Shown here in pieces: positions 55,491-64,000 of a DNA stretch of 64,000 nt. How positions within the stretch are numbered: the first letter of the stretch is position 1; the number at the start of each line of letters is the position of its first letter. The translations under genes were made by a program, and so were the position numbers. The notes under the pieces are model-generated. The model made no database searches and was not told where the DNA came from. It saw nothing but the letters and a program-made list of their open reading frames with translations. Origin of the DNA: Bacteroidota bacterium (lineage in GTDB: Bacteria > Bacteroidota > Bacteroidia > Flavobacteriales > Flavobacteriaceae); contig JAIUNZ010000002.1 in assembly GCA_020161455.1 (NCBI GenBank), forward strand, positions 131,091-195,090, read 5' to 3'.

Positions 55491-57074
55491 TTATGCTTTT
55501 GGATTGGATTTTGGTTCTTTTGAAAGTTGTTCGGCCATTTTCATAGCGTTATAAGCATTGACAATTTTTCCCGAAACACATGTTTCTGAAAAAGGAATTA
55601 ATTTGTGTTCATCACCAACTTCAACATCAAAATTTATTGGTGTGCCCGATTGCATGATGATGTTTTTAATTTGTGAGGCTTTTAAATTTGGATAGAAAGA
55701 ACGCAACATCGCAGCCACACCAGCTACATTTGGAGAAGCCATTGAAGTTCCTTGTTCGTATTTGTATTTTCCTTCGGGAATAGTGGCATAAATTTTCACA
55801 CCAGGAGCAAAAACATCTACATTTGTTTTACCATAATTAGAAAAATCGGCTACCATTTTTGAGCCATAATTGTAGTTAATGGCACCAATTTCTATAACAT
55901 TTGAAGCAATTTCGGTTTTTTTATCTTTCGTATCAGCAGGAAAACTTGGTTCGGTATCTATATTTTTTCCGTCATTTCCTGCTGCAAAAACAATTAATAC
56001 ATCTTTGCTTTCGGCATATTTTATAGCATCCCAAACCCATTCTTTATGCGGTGAAAAATCTTTTCCAAAACTTCCGTTAATGACTTTTGCACCATTATCG
56101 GTAGCATATCGTATTGCTAAGGCGATGTCTTTATCATATTCATCACCATTTGGCACGGCACGAATTGGCATAATTTCAACATTTTGGGCAACACCATCAC
56201 CGCCAATACCGTTGCCACGAATTTGAGCAATGATTCCGGCAACGTGTGTTCCGTGAAGCGAATCTTTTCGGTCTTTAGAATAGACTACATTGTTTCCATA
56301 TTTTTTATCGTTGATGTCATTTGGATTATCACCAACAATTTTTCTTCCATCAAATTCTTTGTTTAAGTTAAAATTCAATTGGTCGTAAACATAGTCTTTG
56401 AATTCTTTTAAATCTTGGTGAAAATTTTTGCCTTCACTTTGTTCTATAAAAGATTGCATAATACGCTTACTTTGAAATAATTCGTATTTCACCGATGGCA
56501 TATTGTTCAATTCTTCTGATGTATAATCCTCTTTTTTAAGTGCTTCTCGAACGTTTTTATCAGCATTTAAGAACAAATCAACGGTTTCTTTTAAAGGAAA
56601 AACTTTGTTGTATTTTTTTTCATATTCTGCTAATGCTAATTTGTATTCTTCCGAACCGTCGTTTGGTTTTTTTAACATTCTAACCAATTCTAGGTTTTCA
56701 TTATTGGCTTCGCCTAAAAAGTTCCATCCATGAATATCGTCAACATATCCGTTTTTGTCGTCGTCTTTTTTGTTGTTGACTTTTTCGTTTTTATTAGTCC
56801 AAATAGTAGATTTTAAATCGGGATGATCAATGTCAACACCCGAATCGATTACAGCAACGATTACTTTTGAGCCTTTTTTGTCTTTGATAAGTTCAGAATA
56901 TACTTTATCAACACTCATTCCAGGAATCGAATCTTTCTCAAGATCAAGATGACTCCAACGTTGTAACTGTAGTTCGCTAAGTGGCTGTTTTTTATAATTT
57001 TCTGAAATTGAATTTTGAGAAAATGCTGAATAAGATAAAGCAATTAGGTAAATTGCTATGAACTTTTTAATCAT
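55491..57074 (-). CDS. S8-family subtilisin-like serine peptidase, secreted
   Basis: D-H-S triad motifs VAVIDSGVD, HGTHVAGI and GTSMASPNVAG. I prefer the ATG at 57074 (MIKKFIAIYL). Confidence 0.9.
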   Translation of the reverse strand: MIKKFIAIYLIALSYSAFSQNSISENYKKQPLSELQLQRWSHLDLEKDSIPGMSVDKVYSELIKDKKGSKVIVAVIDSGVDIDHPDLKSTIWTNKNEKVNNKKDDDKNGYVDDIHGWNFLGEANNENLELVRMLKKPNDGSEEYKLALAEYEKKYNKVFPLKETVDLFLNADKNVREALKKEDYTSEELNNMPSVKYELFQSKRIMQSFIEQSEGKNFHQDLKEFKDYVYDQLNFNLNKEFDGRKIVGDNPNDINDKKYGNNVVYSKDRKDSLHGTHVAGIIAQIRGNGIGGDGVAQNVEIMPIRAVPNGDEYDKDIALAIRYATDNGAKVINGSFGKDFSPHKEWVWDAIKYAESKDVLIVFAAGNDGKNIDTEPSFPADTKDKKTEIASNVIEIGAINYNYGSKMVADFSNYGKTNVDVFAPGVKIYATIPEGKYKYEQGTSMASPNVAGVAAMLRSFYPNLKASQIKNIIMQSGTPINFDVEVGDEHKLIPFSETCVSGKIVNAYNAMKMAEQLSKEPKSNPKA

Positions 57075-57147
57075 GATTTTATAATTTAGTATCAATAAAC
57101 TAGTGCAATAATAATTCCTTTTGTTACACTTAATAAAAGGATTAACA

Positions 57148-58008
57148 CTATCTTAAGATTTCATCACAATGAAAAACTTCTTTCAAACGAACACCTTTTT
57201 CAGTATTTTCAACGGTAATAATTTCGTTATGTGCATCGTGTTCTAACCATAAATAGAAATTATTTTCAGCAGCAGTTTTCAAAAATTTTTCTTTTTCGGG
57301 CATGGTTAAAAGTGGTCGTGTGTCATAACCCATCACATAGGGTAAAGGCAAATGTCCAGCAGTTGGCAATAAATCAGCACAAAAAACGATGGTTTTATCA
57401 TTGTATTTAATATGTGGAATCATCATTTTTTCGGTATGTCCATCAACGTAGTAAATTCCAAAATTCATTTCATCTGAAAAGCCAAAATCGGAATCCTGTT
57501 TTTCAATAAAATGAAGTTGGCCACTTTCTTGCATTGGAATTATATTTTCATGTAAAAACGAAGCTTTTTCACGATTATTAGGTTTTGTTGCCCATTGCCA
57601 ATGATTTTCGTTTGTCCAATATTTAGCATTTTTAAAAGCAACTTCATAACCCGTTTTGTCCTTATTCCAATTGACACTTCCGCCACAATGGTCAAAATGC
57701 AAATGTGACATAAAAACATCGGTAATATCATCACGATGAAAACCTATTTTTTGCAACGAACTATCTAAAGAATGATTTCCCCAAAGTGAATAATAGCTGA
57801 AAAATTTCTCTGATTGTTTGTTTCCCATACCTGTATCAATTAAAATTAATCGTTTTCCGTCTTCAATGAGCATGCATCTTGCAGCTATGTCGATGAGGTT
57901 GTTTTCATCGGCAGGATTGGTTCGGTTCCAAAGTGTTTTTGGTACTACGCCAAACATGGCACCACCGTCAAGTTTAAAATTTCCGGCTTCTATTGGGTAT
58001 ATTTTCAT
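57148..58008 (-). CDS. MBL-fold metallo-hydrolase
   Basis: The SHLHFDHCGG (HxHxDH) motif plus later His/Asp ligands. Confidence 0.85.
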   Translation of the reverse strand: MKIYPIEAGNFKLDGGAMFGVVPKTLWNRTNPADENNLIDIAARCMLIEDGKRLILIDTGMGNKQSEKFFSYYSLWGNHSLDSSLQKIGFHRDDITDVFMSHLHFDHCGGSVNWNKDKTGYEVAFKNAKYWTNENHWQWATKPNNREKASFLHENIIPMQESGQLHFIEKQDSDFGFSDEMNFGIYYVDGHTEKMMIPHIKYNDKTIVFCADLLPTAGHLPLPYVMGYDTRPLLTMPEKEKFLKTAAENNFYLWLEHDAHNEIITVENTEKGVRLKEVFHCDEILR

Positions 58009-58168
58009 GTGATTTTTAATTTATACAAAGATAACATTGTTTATTTAATTTGAATTGAAGCTTTAAAAGTGAAGTTTTAGTATTTTTATAAAAATTTGCT
58101 TTGATGTTTACTTTTAATACAATTTTACACAAATTAAGATACTTAAATTGAAAACAACCATAATCATT

Positions 58169-61100
58169 ATGAATAAGATTATTTTTTACTTTTTAATAGC
58201 CTTCTACAGCACTACATTTTACAGCCAAAACAATCTTGAAGTCTTATTAAAAAAAGTTGATTCATTAGAAAAAAGCGGAAATTATAAAGAAGTACAGCTC
58301 GTCTTTGAACGTTTAAAAAAAGAAAATAAAAATAAAAATCAGTTGTATTACTCAGCAAAATTTTTATTTGCAAAAGGTATGTCTTTGGCCAATAATGGTA
58401 ACTACGATGCAGCTAAAGAAAATTTCAGCAAAGCGATACAAGTGGCAAAAAAAATAAAACCAAGCCACAATTCAAAACAATTATTAAGTAGAATATATTT
58501 AGAATTAAGTTATTGTTATTTTGACTGGGAAGTAGCATTGAAACAAAACACTATCGGATATAATTATACGTTAAAAAATTTACCAAAAGACACACTATTA
58601 ATCGATTATTTGTCTGATTGTGGATTCATTCATAAGCAATTAAGGAATTACGAACAATCGATTTTGGCTTCTGAAAAAGCATTGAAATTAATCGCTAAAT
58701 TACAACCAAAAAAGTATGATCTACTTGGCGATGTTCACAATAATCTTGGTATTGCTTATTCTGATTTGCATTTGCATAATCAATCTTTGTATCATTATGC
58801 AAAAGGTTTAGAATATAACATTAAATCAAACCAAAAGGATAAATCTGATATAGTCAACTCTGCAAATAATACCATTTGGGAAAGTTTGGATTATGGTGAT
58901 GAAAAAAAGGCAAAAGAAATTTTAAATTTTTTAAATAAAAACTTTTATAAGTGGTATAATAATAAAGATTTTGCAACGACAGATGTGTCTGCGAATTTGC
59001 AATCTTGGAGGCTTTATTTCAAATCAATTTATCATTTGTCAAATTTAAGGAATGAAATTTATGATAAAAATTATTTTGAAGCAAAAAAACACTTTGACAC
59101 CATCGTTTCAATATTTGAGAAATACCCTTCAGAGCGAAAGAAGAAAGACAATACTTTACTGCTTAGCCGATATGAATATGAAGAAATTTTTAAATCAAAA
59201 CCTTTAACGGATGAACTAAACATCAAACAGCATATCGATTTTAATAAAAGAACAATACAAATAGCTAGAAGAGACGAATCTAAGCACGAAGAATTGGTGG
59301 CGTGTTTAAAATTAGCTATAGCTTTTAATAGATACAAAAAATATGATGATGCACTTAAAACCATTGATGAAGCAAAAAAAATAGACGAAACATTTTTTAA
59401 TGCATCACGATTTACTATTGGCGTTTTAGAAGCCACAGTATTAAATTCTTTGAACAAAAATGAAGAATCTCGAAGAGTTATTTTAAAATCGTATCAAAAA
59501 TTGTTAGAAAAACAAAAAAAAATTAAAAGTTTACAACACTTAAAATATGCGGATTTTAAAAAATTTAACAGCAGTACTTTTATTAGAAATACCATTAATT
59601 CGGCAACAATTTATTTTAAAATCTATCAGAAAGATAAAAATAAAGAAGACTTATTGATTGCCAACAATTTATTTTTTATAGCTTCTGATATTTTTGCCGA
59701 ATTCTACCAAAAAGGGAAATATAATTACCATTTAAATGCTTTCAATAAAGAAATTGCTTCGGGACTTTTAGAAACGCAAATGCTAATCGACCCAAATGAT
59801 AAAGTAAAAATAAAAGCAATACTCAATAGAATTGAAAATAACTCATCGCAGCATTTGTGGAATCTTTTTGAATTGAAAAACAGTCAAAATTTGAAAATAC
59901 CTGCTTCTTTAATCCGAAAATTAAATGAACTTGTTTTTGAAAAAAACAGTTTACAAGAGCAACTTGAAAAAAGCAAATCTTCTGTTGAATTAAAAAATCA
60001 ACTAGCAACTCTCAATAAAGAAATTGATAAAACACAAAAAGCAATTAATCAAAAGGATGCATCTTTTCAAAAATTCAAATCATCTGATTTTGATGTTGAC
60101 AACGTCCAAAAACAACTTTTACCAACTCAAATTGTAGTTAAGTATCTTGTAATGGATAAAAAAACATTCGCATTTACCATTTCAGATAAAAGCATTCAAT
60201 TAGTTAATTTAGGCGATACTGAATTATTAAAATCAACGGTTTTACAGTTTACGAAATCAATTAATTCGATTGATAATAATTATACTAAAATCTCCCAAAA
60301 TTTGTACGGCAAACTAATAGAACCAATTCTCAAAGAAAAACAAGTTGCTACCATCATTTTTGTACCCGAAGATTTTTTGAATGCAATTTCTTTTGAAAGT
60401 CTAATGAATAAAAACGGTAAGTTTATAGCGCAAAATTATATTGTAAGTTATGCTTATTCATTAAAAATATGGGATTTTTTACAACAAAAGCAAATAGCAA
60501 ATAAAGATACCCATCAATTCGTTTCATTTGCTCCTAATTATAACAAAACACCTAATTCAAACCAAAATAGAGGATTACGAAGAGGTAATTTGTTCGATTT
60601 GGCAGAAGCAAAAATTGAAGCACAAACCATAAACAATATGTTTAACGGAAGGTTGTTTTTAAACGAAAAGGCAACTAAAACTAACTTTTTACAATCAACG
60701 ACACAATTTGATTTTCATCATTTGGCAATGCATTCTATGCTTGAAGATGATTATTCCAATTCGTCTTTAGTTTTCACAAATAACCAAAAAGTGTATTTTG
60801 ATGAATTGTATCAACTTAATTTTCCTTCCAAAATGGTCGTTCTAAGTGCCTGTAGCACTGGGCTTGGCACGCAAGAAAGCGGAGAAGGCATTATGAGTTT
60901 ATCAAGAGCATTAGCCTACTCAGGTGTAAAATCCTCAGTATATAGTCTTTGGCAAGTTCCGGATAAAGAAACCTCAGAAATCATGATTTCGTTTTATCAA
61001 AATCTCAAAAAAGGACAATCAAAAGACGAAGCATTAGCCAACGCCAAAACTACTTTTATTTCCAATAATCCGATGAAAAAACATCCATTTTATTGGGCTG

Positions 61101-61231
61101 GATTTGTAGTTAATGGCGATGTTTCTCCAATTGTTTCCAATTCAAATTGGATAATTTATATAGGAATAGGCTTAGTCATTTTAGCATTAATTTTCTTTTT
61201 CAGAAAGAAATTATTCCAATTCAGACAATAA
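58169..61231 (+). CDS. TPR-repeat / CHAT-domain (caspase-fold peptidase) protein with a signal peptide and a C-terminal TM anchor
   Basis: MNKIIFYFLIAFYSTTFYSQ signal peptide and a ~700-aa helical-repeat region. The C-terminal CHAT domain has a His (FHHLAMHS) and a Cys (VVLSACSTGLG), plus SLWQVPD and a final TM segment IIYIGIGLVILALIFFF. Confidence 0.8.
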   Translation: MNKIIFYFLIAFYSTTFYSQNNLEVLLKKVDSLEKSGNYKEVQLVFERLKKENKNKNQLYYSAKFLFAKGMSLANNGNYDAAKENFSKAIQVAKKIKPSHNSKQLLSRIYLELSYCYFDWEVALKQNTIGYNYTLKNLPKDTLLIDYLSDCGFIHKQLRNYEQSILASEKALKLIAKLQPKKYDLLGDVHNNLGIAYSDLHLHNQSLYHYAKGLEYNIKSNQKDKSDIVNSANNTIWESLDYGDEKKAKEILNFLNKNFYKWYNNKDFATTDVSANLQSWRLYFKSIYHLSNLRNEIYDKNYFEAKKHFDTIVSIFEKYPSERKKKDNTLLLSRYEYEEIFKSKPLTDELNIKQHIDFNKRTIQIARRDESKHEELVACLKLAIAFNRYKKYDDALKTIDEAKKIDETFFNASRFTIGVLEATVLNSLNKNEESRRVILKSYQKLLEKQKKIKSLQHLKYADFKKFNSSTFIRNTINSATIYFKIYQKDKNKEDLLIANNLFFIASDIFAEFYQKGKYNYHLNAFNKEIASGLLETQMLIDPNDKVKIKAILNRIENNSSQHLWNLFELKNSQNLKIPASLIRKLNELVFEKNSLQEQLEKSKSSVELKNQLATLNKEIDKTQKAINQKDASFQKFKSSDFDVDNVQKQLLPTQIVVKYLVMDKKTFAFTISDKSIQLVNLGDTELLKSTVLQFTKSINSIDNNYTKISQNLYGKLIEPILKEKQVATIIFVPEDFLNAISFESLMNKNGKFIAQNYIVSYAYSLKIWDFLQQKQIANKDTHQFVSFAPNYNKTPNSNQNRGLRRGNLFDLAEAKIEAQTINNMFNGRLFLNEKATKTNFLQSTTQFDFHHLAMHSMLEDDYSNSSLVFTNNQKVYFDELYQLNFPSKMVVLSACSTGLGTQESGEGIMSLSRALAYSGVKSSVYSLWQVPDKETSEIMISFYQNLKKGQSKDEALANAKTTFISNNPMKKHPFYWAGFVVNGDVSPIVSNSNWIIYIGIGLVILALIFFFRKKLFQFRQ

Positions 61232-61915
61232 CTTTTTAGCCATTTCTTGTTGTGGATTATCGGTTTCAGTCAACGATTTCAATAACGGAATGGCTTTTTC
61301 TTTTTGATTTTCTTTGAGATACGAAAGTGCTAAATACCATTTTACAAAAGGTGTAAAAGCATTATTTTTGGATAAGTCAAATTGCTTGAAAGTTACAATT
61401 GCATCTTTAGTTTTTTCTAATTCCATTAATGATAATCCTTTATAAAACAAGGCATAATCAACATTTTCTGAATCATAAATTTTAGAAAACAATTCCAAAG
61501 ATTTTTTGTAATTCCCATTATCATATTCAAAAAATGCTTCTGATTTACTATCTTCTTTCATTTCACCTCGAACGGTTGGCGCAACAACATTTGGATAGGA
61601 TTGATAATAATCGTCATAAATTGAAGAAGTTGCGTTTTGTGTGAAATAAAATCCTACACCAAAAAGCAATACAATGGAAGCTGCTGCATACCAAATTTTA
61701 AACGATTTTAATTTTGGATTTGAAGTTTCAAAAGATTGTAATTTCTTTTTCAAATCACTTCTTTCGTTTAAAGTAATTGCTTTTTTTACACCTTTTTGAT
61801 AGGATACTTCTTTGGCAAAATCGACATTGGTTTCCATCAATAGCACAAATTGCTTTTGCTCTTCTTCCGAAAGTGATTTTTCAAAATATTTATTGATTAA
61901 TGTTTCGTTGTCCAT
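61211..61915 (-). CDS. Anti-sigma-factor-like single-pass membrane protein with an extracytoplasmic TPR-like domain
   Basis: 234 aa. N-terminus MDNETLINKYFEKSLSEEEQKQF, TM segment IWYAAASIVLLFGVGFYF, and C-terminal TPR-like helices (YALFYKGLSLMELEKTKDAIVTF..YLALSYLKENQKEKAI). It lies immediately downstream of the sigma gene. Confidence 0.6.
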   Translation of the reverse strand: MDNETLINKYFEKSLSEEEQKQFVLLMETNVDFAKEVSYQKGVKKAITLNERSDLKKKLQSFETSNPKLKSFKIWYAAASIVLLFGVGFYFTQNATSSIYDDYYQSYPNVVAPTVRGEMKEDSKSEAFFEYDNGNYKKSLELFSKIYDSENVDYALFYKGLSLMELEKTKDAIVTFKQFDLSKNNAFTPFVKWYLALSYLKENQKEKAIPLLKSLTETDNPQQEMAKKLLSELE

Positions 61916-61964
61916 TTTTTATAAGTTTACTAGTTCTGAAACAAGTTTAGATGTTCAGTGATTT

Positions 61965-62507
61965 TTATTTTTTGATTAAGTCTTTCAGTTGTTTTAAACA
62001 ACGTGATTTTTGACTTTTTAAAACGTCTTTATTGGTATATTCTAATTCAATTTGAATTGCATCGAGTTTTTTTTCTTCATAATAGAACAACCGTAAAACT
62101 TTTTGACATTTTTCCCCAAGTTTTTTAAAATTATCTCGAAGGATTTTTATTTCTTCTTCGTCTTGCTCTTCTTCTTCATCTTCAACCACTTGAGGCAAGT
62201 GATGATCGTAATCTATTGAAATATTGATGTTTTTTGACTTCAATTTTTTGTAAATCATGTATTTGCCAATTGAAAATAAATAAGTTGTTATGCTGCTTTC
62301 TAAACTGTCTATCGTTCCTTTTTTAGCATTTTCACACAAAGCAACAATACTATCTTGATAAACATCTAATAAATCATCTGATGATAAATTATATCTGTTT
62401 GCAAATAACAAAAACCCATTTTTATTGTCAACATATATACTATGAATAGTTTTTTCATCGCCTTTTTTTAGCTGTTCAAGTAGAATCAAATGATTTGGTT
62501 TACTCAT
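61965..62507 (-). CDS. Sigma-70-family (ECF-type) RNA polymerase sigma factor
   Basis: Region 2-like (DLLDVYQDSIVAL..YLFSIGKYMIYKK), an acidic linker, and a region 4 HTH (CQKVLRLFYYEEKKLDAIQIELEYTNKDVLKSQKSRCLKQLK). I prefer the ATG at 62507. Confidence 0.75.
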   Translation of the reverse strand: MSKPNHLILLEQLKKGDEKTIHSIYVDNKNGFLLFANRYNLSSDDLLDVYQDSIVALCENAKKGTIDSLESSITTYLFSIGKYMIYKKLKSKNINISIDYDHHLPQVVEDEEEEQDEEEIKILRDNFKKLGEKCQKVLRLFYYEEKKLDAIQIELEYTNKDVLKSQKSRCLKQLKDLIKK

Positions 62508-62639
62508 TAGTGTACAGTTTTTCTCAAAAGTAAACATAATTACTTCAAAAAATAAATTTCAAAAATAGATGTTTACTTTTTTTTATTTCTAACACTAAAT
62601 TGGAAAATGAATCTAAAAATTAATTAATAAATAGAAATT

Positions 62640-63968
62640 ATGAAAACAATTTTGACCATTGTAATTACACTGTTTACTGTATGTATGTCTTTTTCACAAG
62701 AAACAGTAGGCGAAAGAGTTGTAAAAAATGCTAAAGACAAAACCTATCAACGTGGTGAACAAAAAAGTGATGAAACGGTAGATGGTGCTTTAAACAAAGT
62801 TGAAGAAGGGATAAAGGGGATTTTTAAAAAGAAAGACAAAAAGAAAAAGCAAGAATCAGCAGCAGAAAATCAGGAAACTAAAGATTCTGGAATTCAAAAT
62901 AGTTCATCTGAAAATTCTTCAACAAAATCAATAAAGAAAAATTCCAAATTTGATTTTGAACCTGGACAAAAACAATTGGGTTTTGATGACTTCTCAACCA
63001 CTAATGTGGGTGATTTTCCTCTGGGTTGGAATACGAATTCCTCTGCTGAAATTGTAACACTCGATGAAAGCAATCAAAAGTGGCTTTCTATCACTAAAGA
63101 TGGTTTTTTTCTTCCAGAATTCATTAAAGATTTGCCCGAAAATTGCACGATAGAATTTGATGTTTTTACACGCTATGTTTCTAATAATATACTGATGTAT
63201 TCTTTTTATATCAATGCGGTTGATAGTCCAAAAAAAGATTTAGATAACAAATACATCCAAAATGGATTCAACTTTAATTGGCGACCAGTTGTTGGTTCAG
63301 CTAGTTATTTTGTCTATGAAAATGGAGAAGAAGTGAGTAAAAATGAAGGTTTAAAAGTAAATGCTTTTCTAACCAATAATCCAGAAAATCCAATTATTGC
63401 AAGAGTTTCTATTTGGCGTCAAAAATCTAGATTACGTGTATATGTAAATGAAGATAAAATTTTAGACTTACCACAAGCTTTTGACCCAAAACTAAAATAC
63501 AACTCGTTCAAATTTGGTGCAGAATACATGAACTATTCTAACGGAAGAGAACAAGACGATGAGTTTATGGTTGCAAATGTTCGGTATGCAGTTGCAGGAG
63601 AAGATACACGAAGTAAGTTAATTACTGAAGGACGATTTGTAACTAACGGAATTTTATTTGATGTGAATAGTGATTCTATAAAGCCAGAAAGTGGTACGGT
63701 TTTAAAAGAAATTGCATCAACACTTCAGGAAAATCCAACCGTGAAAGTGAAAATAATTGGTCATACCGATAGCGATGGCGATGCAAATTCAAATTTGACT
63801 TTATCTCAAAAAAGAGCTGTAGCAGTAAAAACAGCCTTATCAACTTTTTATGGAATTGATGGTTCTCGAATAGAAACCGATGGAAAAGGTGAAAGCCAAC
63901 CTTTAAATAAAAACGCGAATGCTACAGAAAAAGCAACTAATAGAAGAGTAGAATTTATCAAACTTTAA
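62640..63968 (+). CDS. OmpA-family protein (C-terminal OmpA/peptidoglycan-binding domain)
   Basis: Signal peptide. The C-terminus has IIGHTDSDGDANSNLTLSQKRAVAV...NRRVEFI. Confidence 0.85.
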   Translation: MKTILTIVITLFTVCMSFSQETVGERVVKNAKDKTYQRGEQKSDETVDGALNKVEEGIKGIFKKKDKKKKQESAAENQETKDSGIQNSSSENSSTKSIKKNSKFDFEPGQKQLGFDDFSTTNVGDFPLGWNTNSSAEIVTLDESNQKWLSITKDGFFLPEFIKDLPENCTIEFDVFTRYVSNNILMYSFYINAVDSPKKDLDNKYIQNGFNFNWRPVVGSASYFVYENGEEVSKNEGLKVNAFLTNNPENPIIARVSIWRQKSRLRVYVNEDKILDLPQAFDPKLKYNSFKFGAEYMNYSNGREQDDEFMVANVRYAVAGEDTRSKLITEGRFVTNGILFDVNSDSIKPESGTVLKEIASTLQENPTVKVKIIGHTDSDGDANSNLTLSQKRAVAVKTALSTFYGIDGSRIETDGKGESQPLNKNANATEKATNRRVEFIKL

Positions 63969-64000
63969 AAACATTAAATAATAGAAAACATGTATAAAAA

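Overview
This is an AT-rich chromosomal segment (roughly one-third G+C by eye) that looks like a Flavobacteriia (Bacteroidota) genome. Supporting signs are TAnnTTTG -7 promoter boxes about 20 nt upstream of several ATGs and a typical gene set: GH3-family, GIN-domain, OmpH/Skp, SPOR, TPR-CHAT, S8/M1/S41 peptidases and OmpA-family proteins. The left ~8 kb is a minus-strand polysaccharide/O-antigen locus containing a DegT-type aminotransferase (partial), Wzx, a Wzy-like protein, two paralogous lipoproteins, rfbD-rfbC-rfbA and a Wzz-like protein. The rest is mostly housekeeping: tatA, tex, rpiB, rnr, folB, glnS, gltX, ybeY, mnmG, holB, pgk, rnpA, a Pif1-like helicase and an MltD-like lytic transglycosylase. 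I found no rRNA, CRISPR, cas gene, transposase, integrase or reverse transcriptase. The only RNA gene I can support is tRNA-Cys(GCA). Six things are not explained by ordinary annotation. (1) A 399-bp array of 19 exactly phased 21-bp units sits between two convergent terminators (29571-29969). It has a 42-bp higher-order period and interlocking inverted repeats. (2) An ECF sigma / TPR anti-sigma pair converges on, and overlaps, a periplasm-facing TPR-CHAT (caspase-like) protein. (3) A wHTH-phosphoribosyltransferase fusion gene is preceded by two perfect 12-bp-arm palindromes that bracket its -7 box. (4) The 3' half of tRNA-Cys plus its terminator is present in about three tandem copies. (5) rfbD carries two copies of a 22-nt hairpin-type element in frame, plus a (GTTGGAA)x4 heptamer tract. 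(6) The 14-mer GTTCCACGTGAAAC occurs three times at the gene boundaries around mnmG. All functional calls come from reading motifs in the translations. No database search was possible.
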